A stretch of DNA of 36,855 nt from Conexivisphaerales archaeon. GTDB taxonomy: Archaea > Thermoproteota > Nitrososphaeria > Conexivisphaerales > DTJL01. A program made the translations under genes and the position numbers. The stretch is from the NCBI GenBank assembly GCA_049509455.1, contig JBEKZX010000012.1, positions 1 through 36,855 of the forward strand. Reading direction: 5' to 3'. The notes under the pieces were generated by a model that was given only the letters and a program-made list of their open reading frames with translations, was not told the origin of the DNA and did not search any database. Positions 19,694 through 28,189 of this stretch are shown piece by piece. Numbering within the stretch: the first letter of the stretch is position 1; every line of letters begins with the position of its first letter.

Positions 19694-19865
19694 CACCCTT
19701 TGTCCCTATCCCGGTCGGAGCACGATTCTAGCAAGTGAAACGGGTATGAGGATATTACAAATTCGCACCGGTCTCTTTGGCGTTCTAGGGCGTATAGCAA
19801 CTATATTGTCCAAATCTCATATCGAATTTTGGTGACTTGAACCCGTTCAGGTTTAGAGCCCGCCC
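19679..19865 (+). repeat. Dispersed repeat, copy 3 (block L + box A + core + box B)
   Basis: L begins CCGGTTCGAACATAG, overlapping the stop codon of the upstream gene; A at 19735; GACTTGAACCCGT at 19834-19846. Confidence 0.9.
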
Positions 19866-20258
19866 AACTCTGCCGACGGTTGGAAGAGACATCTAGTCAC
19901 AGCGATTCTGCAACTCCGAGGCGAGGATTCATTTGATACATGAAGTGCCTGCTGTCCTTCTCACGGAAGCAGATCCCGGCCGAAACCAGAGGCGGCTAGA
20001 CGAAGTCGTCTCATCAAAGCTTGGCCTGCCCGATTGGCGCAGGAGTTCGTCAATTCGGCACCGTTACAGGGGAAAGGAGGATCATCTAGACCAGGGGTAT
20101 AGGACCAAGAGCTTCCCCCCATAGCGCAACGCTGATATAGGTAAACGTTCCCACTTACTGGGGGTTCATTGAGGGCGGACTCCAGGCCGGAGCCAATAGA
20201 ATTCGCCTAGACCTGGGGCTCTGGTTTGGCTTCTTGTCGGAGGGCCCCTTTCTCTCAT

Positions 20259-21342
20259 TAGACCTTAGTCGTAATTGAGCCATTGGTCTGTCCGTTTAGG
20301 CTGAGCCCGGTTTTCTGTCCTGGCATATCGCCTTCAGGACGATGCTGAGCTACACCAGACTGTCCAGGACACCATCGACGTTCAGGTCGTTCACCGGGCT
20401 GGAGGTGCCAGAGTTCGACGCATTGTACGCGAAGGTCGAAGGAGCCTACCCCTCCTTCGAGGAGAAGAGGCTCTCGAAGGGAGGTGACAGGAAGAGGGAG
20501 GTGGGCGCCGGCCATCCGTTCAAGCTGTCCCTGCGGGACAGGCTCCTCATGCTCCTGGCCTACTACAGGCTCTACGTCACCTCGACGCTGGCGGGGTACC
20601 TGTTCGACCTGGGCCAGACGAACGTCCTCAAGGACATAAGGATGCTCGAGCCCATGGTGAGGGGGTGCGTGCCGCTGCCGAAGAAGGTGCATGAAGTGAC
20701 GAGGAGGCTGAGGACCATCGACGAGGTCGAAGAGTTCTTCCCCGGCTTCAAGGCGTTCGTAGACGCCACCGAGCAGGAGATCCCCAGGACGAAGGACCCG
20801 AAGAAGAGGAGGACCCACTATTCGGGCAAGAAGAAGAGGCACACCGTCAAGACGCAGCTCACCGTCAACTCCAAGGGGCTGATAGTCCATAAGACAAACC
20901 ATGCGAGGGGGAGGAGGCACGACCTCTCCATCTACCGGCAGAGGCACCCGGACCTCCCGAAGGAGGTGGAGCAGGATTTCGACAGGGGATACGACGGGAT
21001 CAAGAAATACTTCCCAGAGATGAAGTGCGCCATCCCGTTCAAGAGGAGGGGTCCAGGGAAGGGGCACAGGGGAGAGAAGGCGAAGGAGCTCACGCCCGAG
21101 CAGGAGGCGTTCAACGCGGAGCTCTCGAAGGAGAGGGTCGTGGTGGAGCACACGATATCGAGGATGAAGAAGTTCAGGATCATGGCGGACGAGTTCAGGA
21201 ACAGGCTGAGGTGCTACGACGCCATGACGGACATCGTGGCGGGGCTGGTCAACCTCAGGATACTCGGGAAGGAAGGATTCTGACAGGGTCGACAGGACGT
21301 TAGCGGGGCGGCTTCATAGAGGATAATTACGACTAAGGTCTA
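20259..21342 (+). mobile_element. IS5-family (ISL2-like) insertion sequence, apparently intact
   Basis: Perfect 18-bp inverted repeats TAGACCTTAGTCGTAATT (20259-20276) and AATTACGACTAAGGTCTA (21325-21342); the outer TA may be the target duplication. One internal transposase ORF. Confidence 0.9.
20342..21283 (+). CDS. IS5-family DDE transposase (HTH_Tnp_4 + DDE_Tnp_4)
   Basis: FVDATEQ, YSGKKKRHTVK, DRGYDG and RVVVEHTISRMKKFRI motifs. Confidence 0.92.
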   Translation: MLSYTRLSRTPSTFRSFTGLEVPEFDALYAKVEGAYPSFEEKRLSKGGDRKREVGAGHPFKLSLRDRLLMLLAYYRLYVTSTLAGYLFDLGQTNVLKDIRMLEPMVRGCVPLPKKVHEVTRRLRTIDEVEEFFPGFKAFVDATEQEIPRTKDPKKRRTHYSGKKKRHTVKTQLTVNSKGLIVHKTNHARGRRHDLSIYRQRHPDLPKEVEQDFDRGYDGIKKYFPEMKCAIPFKRRGPGKGHRGEKAKELTPEQEAFNAELSKERVVVEHTISRMKKFRIMADEFRNRLRCYDAMTDIVAGLVNLRILGKEGF

Positions 21343-21467
21343 TTGACATATATCACGCGATCTTCGGCGATAGGGATTTGCCTCCCGTCGGGTTGAAAGT
21401 ACAACAAATGTTGATATCTAACCCCTGCGCCGAAAACAAGAGTCCTGTGAAGCCTGTAGAGCCGATG

Positions 21468-22433
21468 TCAGATCCGAAAAGACTTCACGGCTCGTATGAA
21501 AGCCTCTATGTTCTCAAACGGCGCTGACGGTGGTATGTCGCAGCCCGTGCTCCCAACAACGTTCTTACTCCCCTTCACCTGTTCGAGCATCATCCTTACG
21601 TTACTAGCGATCTGCAGAGGTGTTTCGAACAGCAAATTCGTCGGCGAGTAGTTGCCGAAGACGAGGAAGGAGCTTGGGACAGACGCGAGCGCATCGGCCA
21701 ACTTGACGTTCTCGTCGAGGCTTATGCCTGCCACCCCGGTCTCCACCATCTGTTTCACCAAGTGACCTGACCTGCCGCATATGTGCAGAACGACCCCGGA
21801 GGACACAGCGCTCCGGATTTTCGAGATGCGAGGCTTGGAGAGTCTCTCGAATAGCGCCGGTGAGATGAGGCTAGACGACGGGTCCGCCATCACCAGGAAG
21901 TCAACCCCGGCCGCGTCCAAGGCCTTGGAATATCCTGTTACGACCTCCGTGCAGCTATCGAGGAGCTTGAGTACTTTTTGCTCCCCTTTGAACGCGCCCT
22001 TCAGAAGGTTCTCGATCCCGATTACCTGACCTGCCACCGTGAATGGCCCGGTCACGAAGAAGCCATTTGGGACTCCCTTGATTCGTTCGGACATCGTCCT
22101 GGCTGCCTCCACCATGGACCTCGCTCTGGGTGGCTCGAGTACTGGAGCCTCGGCTGCTTCTTCGAGCGAAGGGGTAGCCCCTATCGACGGAGCTTCAGCC
22201 CCCTCGAAGATGGGCTTCGCTCCGAATGCCTCGGCTTCCACCGTCAGGTCCAGCAACGGGAGCGCCACGTCCGGCCCGAACTTCTCTACGTTGTGTCTTG
22301 CGACCTTGGCGTGCAGTTCAGGGTTCAGGAGGCATTCCATCGCGCTCAGGCCCAGGGCCCTAGCGCCGGGATAGCCAAGTATGGGTGCTGCACCCGTGCG
22401 TCCGAGTGACTCGAAGTAGTCGAGCAGCTCCAT
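21468..22433 (-). CDS. MtaA/MtbA/CmuA-family methylcobamide:thiol methyltransferase (URO-D fold)
   Basis: DLTVEAEAFG, GPFTVA, the Zn-ligand motif LHICG and a distal Cys in STGCDIPP. Confidence 0.85.
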   Translation of the reverse strand: MELLDYFESLGRTGAAPILGYPGARALGLSAMECLLNPELHAKVARHNVEKFGPDVALPLLDLTVEAEAFGAKPIFEGAEAPSIGATPSLEEAAEAPVLEPPRARSMVEAARTMSERIKGVPNGFFVTGPFTVAGQVIGIENLLKGAFKGEQKVLKLLDSCTEVVTGYSKALDAAGVDFLVMADPSSSLISPALFERLSKPRISKIRSAVSSGVVLHICGRSGHLVKQMVETGVAGISLDENVKLADALASVPSSFLVFGNYSPTNLLFETPLQIASNVRMMLEQVKGSKNVVGSTGCDIPPSAPFENIEAFIRAVKSFRI

Positions 22434-22654
22434 TTATATCAAAACGGCCTACATTGCAAGGTCTATTTAGCATTACAGAGCCAGCTGGGCCAAGGCGCGC
22501 TACCAAGTTGAGGTACGACCGTTCATTTAGTCTAGTCCAAACCTGATGAGATAGTCAAAGACCAAACAGGGCTGGAGTACGGCCGCCAGCACGGCAGATG
22601 CCCTCTTTCTACCAGCAGGGAAGCCTAGGGGTCTCATCTACCTTCGTTTGTGCC

Positions 22655-23293
22655 TCAGCCTTCGGCCAGGAGCCTGCGGACCAGCCCCTTCGCCGCGACG
22701 GCGTCCGGGGCGTAGCCGTCCGCGCCTATCCTGTCGGCGAAATCCTGTGTCACCGGTCGCCCCCCGACCACCACCTTGACGCTCTGGCGGAGGCCCGACC
22801 GGTTGAGGGCTTCAATCACTGACTCCATGTAAGTCATCCTGGTCGTGATCAGTGAGGACATCCCCAGCAGTGCGGGCTTATGCTCGATGACCGCCTGGAC
22901 GAATCGCTCGGCGGACACGTCGACACCCAGATCGACCACGTCGACGCCGACTCCTCTCAGCATCGCTGCCACCACGTTCTTGCCGATGTCGTGAGTATCT
23001 CCCTTCACGGTGCCAAGCACCATCTTCCTCGACGGCCCGTCGAAAGATGGACCTCCCGCACTCCGTAGGATTTCCGTAGCACTCTGAGCAATCTCTCCCG
23101 CGGCGAGGAGTTCGGGTATGAAGTATTCCCCCGATTCGTACCTCTTGCCCACCGTGTCCAGTCCCTTGGATATGGCAGCCAGAATCATCTGGGGGTCCTT
23201 CCCCCCAGTCAGTGCACGCCGGCAGGTCGCTTCCGCTTCGGCTTTGAGGTTTGCCACCTCGTCCGCGATCTGTTCGAAGATGTCGCCTGCCAA
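22655..23293 (-). CDS. Methyltransferase cognate corrinoid protein (B12-binding cap + Rossmann domain)
   Basis: Cap region GKRYESGEYFIPELL; GTVKGDTHDIGKN (DxHxxG); VVVGGRPV; DGYAPDA. The likely start is TTG at 23293 after a GAGGT RBS; the ORF is open to 23314. Confidence 0.93.
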   Translation of the reverse strand: MAGDIFEQIADEVANLKAEAEATCRRALTGGKDPQMILAAISKGLDTVGKRYESGEYFIPELLAAGEIAQSATEILRSAGGPSFDGPSRKMVLGTVKGDTHDIGKNVVAAMLRGVGVDVVDLGVDVSAERFVQAVIEHKPALLGMSSLITTRMTYMESVIEALNRSGLRQSVKVVVGGRPVTQDFADRIGADGYAPDAVAAKGLVRRLLAEG

Positions 23294-23294
23294 G

Positions 23295-24368
23295 CTAAAG
23301 GACCTCTTGGTCATGCCTGAACCCGGTCGCCGCCTCTATCATGGCCCAGACGTTCTCTTCTTGGGTGCCCCTGGGCACGCCTCCTCCGGTGCTTAGTGCG
23401 TAACCTCCCCCCGGGGCGCCTATCGATATGAGCCTCTCACACTCTGCCTTGACCTGCTGAGGAGTCCCGTTCAGCAGCACCTTCAGGGGATGGATGTTCC
23501 CGATGAGGGCGACCTTTCCTCCAAGTCTCTCCTTGAAAAACGAAAGATCCCAGTCAGGGGTGAAGTTGTTGAAGACGTTTATCCCCAGCTGAGGGATGAG
23601 GTCAACGACGCTGCTCGTGTCGCCGTCGCTGTGCCAGTACTTGACGGCATGAGGGAAGTTGGAGTAGAAGCGCTTGGCGTAAGGAAGGTAGAATTCCGCG
23701 AATCTCCTTGGGCCGACGTATCCCGGAAAGTCGTCGCCGAGGCCTACGCTCGTGAAGGGCCTCCCAGTGGCCTCCTGTCGCACCTTCGCCCATTCAATCA
23801 ACGTCCTGGTGCAGACGTCCAAGAGCTCGTGGGCGACTTCCGGCCTGAAAACGAGGTCGGTGAAGAACTCAGACTGTCCCCTGACCAGGCAAGCCAAATC
23901 GAAGGGGCCCATCGACGACTCAAAACCCACGTTCTCGGCGCCGCACTTCTCCGCCATGTATCTGTAGGCCGCCAGCGATCTGTTCATCAGTGGGACTTCA
24001 CTGCAGTCGGGGACTTCCAATCCGTGCACTTCGTCCGGGCCACCGATCGCCGGTCGGATGGTCGCTGGGTTCTCGTCTTCGAGAGAGATGGGGCAGCCCA
24101 GCGCTTGGCATTCTGCGAGTTCTTCGTAGTCGGGCTCCAGTCCGAAGAGCCTCAGGTATTTCTCCCTTACCTTGCCCTGCACGTCGGTCATGATGGTGTA
24201 GTCTTCGATGTACCTGGCCATCGAAACCCCCGTCGCCCCGGTGAAATAGTGTGCTCCGATGAAGAGGGTCAGCGGGACCCTGTCAGGCACCCCCATCCGC
24301 TCCACGACCTTCAGCCGCTCTTCGTTGGCCGCCCGTATGGCTTCGCTGCTGGCGAAAGAAGTGGGCAT
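23295..24368 (-). CDS. URO-D-family methyltransferase-like protein with non-canonical metal site
   Basis: PDRVP, MGPFDLACLVRG, LGDD, WHSDG, IGNIHP and GAPGGGYALSTGGG motifs. It lacks the HxC...C motif of the neighbouring MtaA-type enzyme. Confidence 0.82.
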   Translation of the reverse strand: MPTSFASSEAIRAANEERLKVVERMGVPDRVPLTLFIGAHYFTGATGVSMARYIEDYTIMTDVQGKVREKYLRLFGLEPDYEELAECQALGCPISLEDENPATIRPAIGGPDEVHGLEVPDCSEVPLMNRSLAAYRYMAEKCGAENVGFESSMGPFDLACLVRGQSEFFTDLVFRPEVAHELLDVCTRTLIEWAKVRQEATGRPFTSVGLGDDFPGYVGPRRFAEFYLPYAKRFYSNFPHAVKYWHSDGDTSSVVDLIPQLGINVFNNFTPDWDLSFFKERLGGKVALIGNIHPLKVLLNGTPQQVKAECERLISIGAPGGGYALSTGGGVPRGTQEENVWAMIEAATGFRHDQEVL

Positions 24369-24389
24369 GGCCGGGAAGATGGCTATAGG

Positions 24390-24399
24390 TAAATATAAA
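24390..24399 (-). promoter_or_regulatory. Putative archaeal TATA box for the methyltransferase operon
   Basis: Minus strand TTTATATTTA lies 22-31 nt upstream of the ATG at 24368, which is leaderless-type spacing. It falls in the 66-bp divergent gap. Confidence 0.5.
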
Positions 24400-24434
24400 C
24401 GATTCCGGCCTATGGCCTAGGCTGGGGTCTACGA

Positions 24435-26276
24435 TTGCTGCTCTTCGAGCCGGACGGAAAACGCGTACCGGCATTGCGAGGAGCCTCCCTGTTGGAGACT
24501 GCCCAGGGAGCGGGTGTGACCCTGACTTCGATTTGCGGCGGCGAGGGAACTTGCAGCAAGTGCAAGGTGATTGTCAAAGAAGGCGGTGATGCCCTGACGC
24601 CGGTGACTGGTATCGAAAGGAATTGCTTCAGCGAGGCCGAGATAGGGGACGGCTATCGCCTCGCCTGCGAGGCCCGCATCGGGGGCCTTGCCGAGGTGAC
24701 CGTTGAGATCCCACTAGAGAGCAGGAGCGCATCCTACCGCCTCCAAGCCGAGGGTTCGGAGACCCCCGTCGCTTTGGACCCGTCCGTGACTGCCGTCCAT
24801 TTCGAGGCCGTGCCCCCCGGTCCCGGCGTCGCCACGGCTGTGGACGAGTCGGTCAGAGACGCGTTGAAGAAGGCGGGCATCAGTATTGACCTTGTGGACA
24901 GCCGATGCCTGGAGGCCATCGCACCCGACCTTCGCGGGCTCGGCTGGCGCGGAGAGGCCATCGTCTACGACCGATCGCGACTCATGGCCCTTGTCAAGGA
25001 CGGCACGCCCCTCCTCGGCATGGCCTTCGACTTGGGGACGACTAAGCTCGCTGCGTACCTCCTCGATCTGCGGACCGGCAAGGTCTTGGCCACCACCTCC
25101 CAGGTCAATCCCAACGTGCTCTACGGCGACGACGTCATGAGCAGGCTGAGCTACATCGCTGACCACCCTGAGGGCTTCGAAAGGCTGAGCGCGTCCCTGA
25201 GGGGGGCCGTCAGCCAGATGATCGGCGACGCTTGTCGCCAATGCGGAGAGGAGAGGTCGCACGTCCGCGAGATGGTGTTCGTGGGGAACACCCTTATGCA
25301 TCACCTTGCCATGGGCCTTGAGCCCTCTTCGCTTGGATCCTCCCCCTACGCGCCGATCACGAGGGAGACCTGTCGAGTCGAAGCTCGGTCGCTGGGGCTG
25401 GTCGCTGGGGCTGGTTGCATGGTCTACTCGCTGCCGAACGTCGCCGGTTTCGTAGGTGCCGACTGCGTCGCCGACGCCTTGGCGGCGGGGTTCGATCGCA
25501 AGGAAGGAACTGCGCTGATGGTGGACATAGGGACGAACACCGAGCTAATTCTACTCAAGGACGGTCACCTCTGGACCGCTTCGACGGCCTCAGGCCCTGC
25601 GTTCGAGGGTGCGCATATCAAGCATGGGATGAGGGCAGCATCAGGCGCGGTTGAGCATGTCGCCCTCGACGAAAGCTTGAGGGTCAGATACCAGACGATC
25701 GATGGCGCTCCGGCCTCCGGGATCTGTGGCTCAGGGACGATTGACATAGTCGCCGAATTGGTGCATCATGGAATGATGGATGAATCTGGGAGGATGCGCA
25801 CAAGCCAGGTGAATTCCCTGATCGTGGAGGGCGCCGATTGTCTAGAAGCTGTCATAGTCCCTCCGGGAGAGAGCGCCAGCCGAAGGAGCATCACCTTCAC
25901 TCAGAAGGACACCAGGGAACTTCAGAAGGCGAAGGCGGCGGTCGCAGCTGGGATCGCCATCCTGATGGAGAGGGCCTCTACGGTTCTAGAGGAAATTTCG
26001 GAGCTCGTCGTGGCAGGCGCCTTTGGGACCTATGTCGACATGCAGAACGCGATGGCCATCGGCATGCTCCCCCACCTCCCCCTCAACAGGGTCAGGCAGG
26101 TTGGGAACTCGGCCGGAACGGGAGCCAGGATGTGTCTCCTGTCCCGGGAAGCAAAGGTAAGGGCGGACCTGATAGCTAGGAAGATGGAGTATGTGGAGCT
26201 GGCGGGAAGTGCGGTCTTTCAGGCGGCCTACCTCAGATCCCTCGGCTTCCCCCCACACAGAGGCCCGTCTCCCTGA
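24435..26276 (+). CDS. ATP-dependent corrinoid reductive activator (RACo/ASKHA, DUF4445 type) with N-terminal [2Fe-2S]
   Basis: CGGEGTCSKC...RLAC; AFDLGTTK, GDDVMSR, VDIGTNTE, GPAFEG, GICGSG, AGAFG and GNSAG motifs. Confidence 0.93.
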   Translation: MLLFEPDGKRVPALRGASLLETAQGAGVTLTSICGGEGTCSKCKVIVKEGGDALTPVTGIERNCFSEAEIGDGYRLACEARIGGLAEVTVEIPLESRSASYRLQAEGSETPVALDPSVTAVHFEAVPPGPGVATAVDESVRDALKKAGISIDLVDSRCLEAIAPDLRGLGWRGEAIVYDRSRLMALVKDGTPLLGMAFDLGTTKLAAYLLDLRTGKVLATTSQVNPNVLYGDDVMSRLSYIADHPEGFERLSASLRGAVSQMIGDACRQCGEERSHVREMVFVGNTLMHHLAMGLEPSSLGSSPYAPITRETCRVEARSLGLVAGAGCMVYSLPNVAGFVGADCVADALAAGFDRKEGTALMVDIGTNTELILLKDGHLWTASTASGPAFEGAHIKHGMRAASGAVEHVALDESLRVRYQTIDGAPASGICGSGTIDIVAELVHHGMMDESGRMRTSQVNSLIVEGADCLEAVIVPPGESASRRSITFTQKDTRELQKAKAAVAAGIAILMERASTVLEEISELVVAGAFGTYVDMQNAMAIGMLPHLPLNRVRQVGNSAGTGARMCLLSREAKVRADLIARKMEYVELAGSAVFQAAYLRSLGFPPHRGPSP

Positions 26277-26310
26277 ACTCTCCAAGATGAGCTGGCATCG
26301 AAGGCTGTGC

Positions 26311-27180
26311 CTAGCGGATTTCATCGACATCCTGGTACCATTTCATGGTAGTTCCGATTCTCGCGCGCATCTTCCAGCGTGCGCTCTTTGGAGAGGCCTG
26401 GAGTGCAGCCTCAAGGGCTTCGATCTTACTCAGGACGTCGTTGCGGTCTCCATCGGTTACGACCTCGCATCCGTCCAAGTACCGCCTCACCTTGTCCAAG
26501 TTCAAGGTGGCCGTATGATGGAAGCCCCAGTCTCCGGAGAGAAGGCCGACGATGTACTTGGAGTTGATTTCGTCCCTGTCGCCTTCGCCGAATTGGTGGG
26601 CCCTCAGCAGGACGATGATGTCCTTGATGTCCTTCTCGTTGATCTGCACGATCTGGAGCTTCTGCAGCAGAAGGTCGGCGAGAGGGAGCGCCGGATAGTC
26701 GATCTCCAGCCTGTTTCGGAGGTCAATCGAATGGCACATCTCGAGCCTGTCGAAGAACACATCGACTTCGGGGACCGCTCCGTCGGTGAAGGTCAGGCGC
26801 TTCCTCACCATGCCCAGGGGGCTCTCCGCATAGGAGTACCCCCTCCTTTGAAAGAACCCGGGGATCTTCGAGGCGAAGCGCGAATGGGTCATGAAGTCGA
26901 TGTCAGAGAAGACTTCCCGGCCCAGGGAGCTCCAGAGCGAATCGAACCCCCTGCTGGAGACGTAGATCGGTATCCCGCCCAACAGTCTGAGGGGTATGTT
27001 CTCCTTGGCGGCCTCTTGGACGCACTCCAAGGCCTCGTCCACGAACACGTCCTTGGAAGGAGGCTCTTTCAAGGCTGAGTCACCCGGTAGGTCTCCCTTC
27101 GACCGTATCCGTGTCCACGTCGGATCGTGAAAATCCCAAATCGCGAAAGGGCGTTCTGCGTTAGGAGCAAAAGGAGTCAT
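26311..27180 (-). CDS. Uncharacterised nucleotidyltransferase-fold protein
   Basis: LLGGIPIY...VFSDIDF...EVDVFFD (hGG, DxD, third Asp). Its ATG overlaps the upstream stop (ATGA); an alternative TTG start is at 27072. Confidence 0.72.
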   Translation of the reverse strand: MTPFAPNAERPFAIWDFHDPTWTRIRSKGDLPGDSALKEPPSKDVFVDEALECVQEAAKENIPLRLLGGIPIYVSSRGFDSLWSSLGREVFSDIDFMTHSRFASKIPGFFQRRGYSYAESPLGMVRKRLTFTDGAVPEVDVFFDRLEMCHSIDLRNRLEIDYPALPLADLLLQKLQIVQINEKDIKDIIVLLRAHQFGEGDRDEINSKYIVGLLSGDWGFHHTATLNLDKVRRYLDGCEVVTDGDRNDVLSKIEALEAALQASPKSARWKMRARIGTTMKWYQDVDEIR

Positions 27181-28127
27181 CCCTCCACTCTGAAATACCG
27201 GACCACTCTATCCCTGTCGATGTCCACCACATATCCTCTCAGGATTCCCTGGCTATATTCGCTGCCCGGGTTCAGGCAGACGGTGCGACCGATGGTGGTC
27301 TCTCCTGCCGATTCGTGAATGTGCCCGAACAGCCCTAGCTTAGGCTGGTGCTTCTCTATGGCCTCTCGAACCGCCGTGCTGCCGGCGGGGCTCATCAGTA
27401 TGTTCGATCCGACCCTGACCGGTCTCAGTTCCCCGTCCAACTTAGGACACATGTCCAGCCCCGAGCCGTAGGGAGGGCAGTGGAAATTGAAGATGAGACG
27501 TCTCGAGTCGCGAACTTCAGACATCATTGTTTCGATCCTTCTTCTGAGCTCCTCTTCAGAGTGTTCGTCGAACGTATGCCATGGCGTGTAGTTTGTGGCG
27601 CCCATGCTGATCATTTCGTGATTCTCATCGAGCGATACGACCTTCGATGTGGGATTGGTAACCGACTTCGACTCTTTCAGTACCGTAGGTATCGCCGGGT
27701 CGTCATCATTCCCGGGCATCATGTAAAATTTGATCCCGGTTTCCGCTAGGCTCTGGTCGGCCAAACGAATCCAGTCCCGCATTCGTTCGACGACGAGTTG
27801 CGTGAAGAGCTTCGAAGTCTTCTCCGGGTCGCTCCCGACTTCGGCGATCTCCTCCGGGTCCGCGACATACGGATAGCACCCCGCGTCCGCGATTCGCCTC
27901 TGGAGGGCCTGCAACTCGGCCGGGGACCTGGCGGTGAAGTCCGAACCCAGGAAAGAGGCCTTGTAGACGCCGTCGTGCCGTGCGATTGGCGTGATCTTCT
28001 TGCCAGTCAGATCTCCGCTTACGAGGACAACGTCTTCATCGTATATCCTGCGCTTCGCTACGCTGAGCGCCTTCCGGAAGCACACCTCCGACCCGTGTAC
28101 GTCGCAGCAATAGTATATCCTGGTCAT
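27177..28127 (-). CDS. Calcineurin-like metallophosphoesterase (Icc-related)
   Basis: CCDVHG, SGDLTG, MPGNDD, FHCPP and FGHIHE motifs. Confidence 0.88.
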   Translation of the reverse strand: MTRIYYCCDVHGSEVCFRKALSVAKRRIYDEDVVLVSGDLTGKKITPIARHDGVYKASFLGSDFTARSPAELQALQRRIADAGCYPYVADPEEIAEVGSDPEKTSKLFTQLVVERMRDWIRLADQSLAETGIKFYMMPGNDDDPAIPTVLKESKSVTNPTSKVVSLDENHEMISMGATNYTPWHTFDEHSEEELRRRIETMMSEVRDSRRLIFNFHCPPYGSGLDMCPKLDGELRPVRVGSNILMSPAGSTAVREAIEKHQPKLGLFGHIHESAGETTIGRTVCLNPGSEYSQGILRGYVVDIDRDRVVRYFRVEG

Positions 28128-28189
28128 CGCGGCCTCATCCTCGCTCCGGCGTCATATTACAAGTGCACCGATGTAAAAGAAGATGCTCC

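Noticed and set aside
19870-20258. ~390-nt gap between repeat copy 3 and the IS5 element
   Set aside because: It contains only short or stop-interrupted frames, with no recognisable motif or RNA structure.
21468-26276. Calling the corrinoid cluster evidence of methylotrophic methanogenesis
   Set aside because: No mcr, mtr or known substrate-specific MT1 gene is in the window, and such modules also occur in non-methanogens.
20258-27078. Long opposite-strand ORFs (e.g. 20258..21151, 23490..24392, 26191..27078; also 1576..2199, 6799..7593, 11794..12567)
   Set aside because: They are antisense shadows of well-supported genes in GC-rich DNA and have no recognisable motifs.
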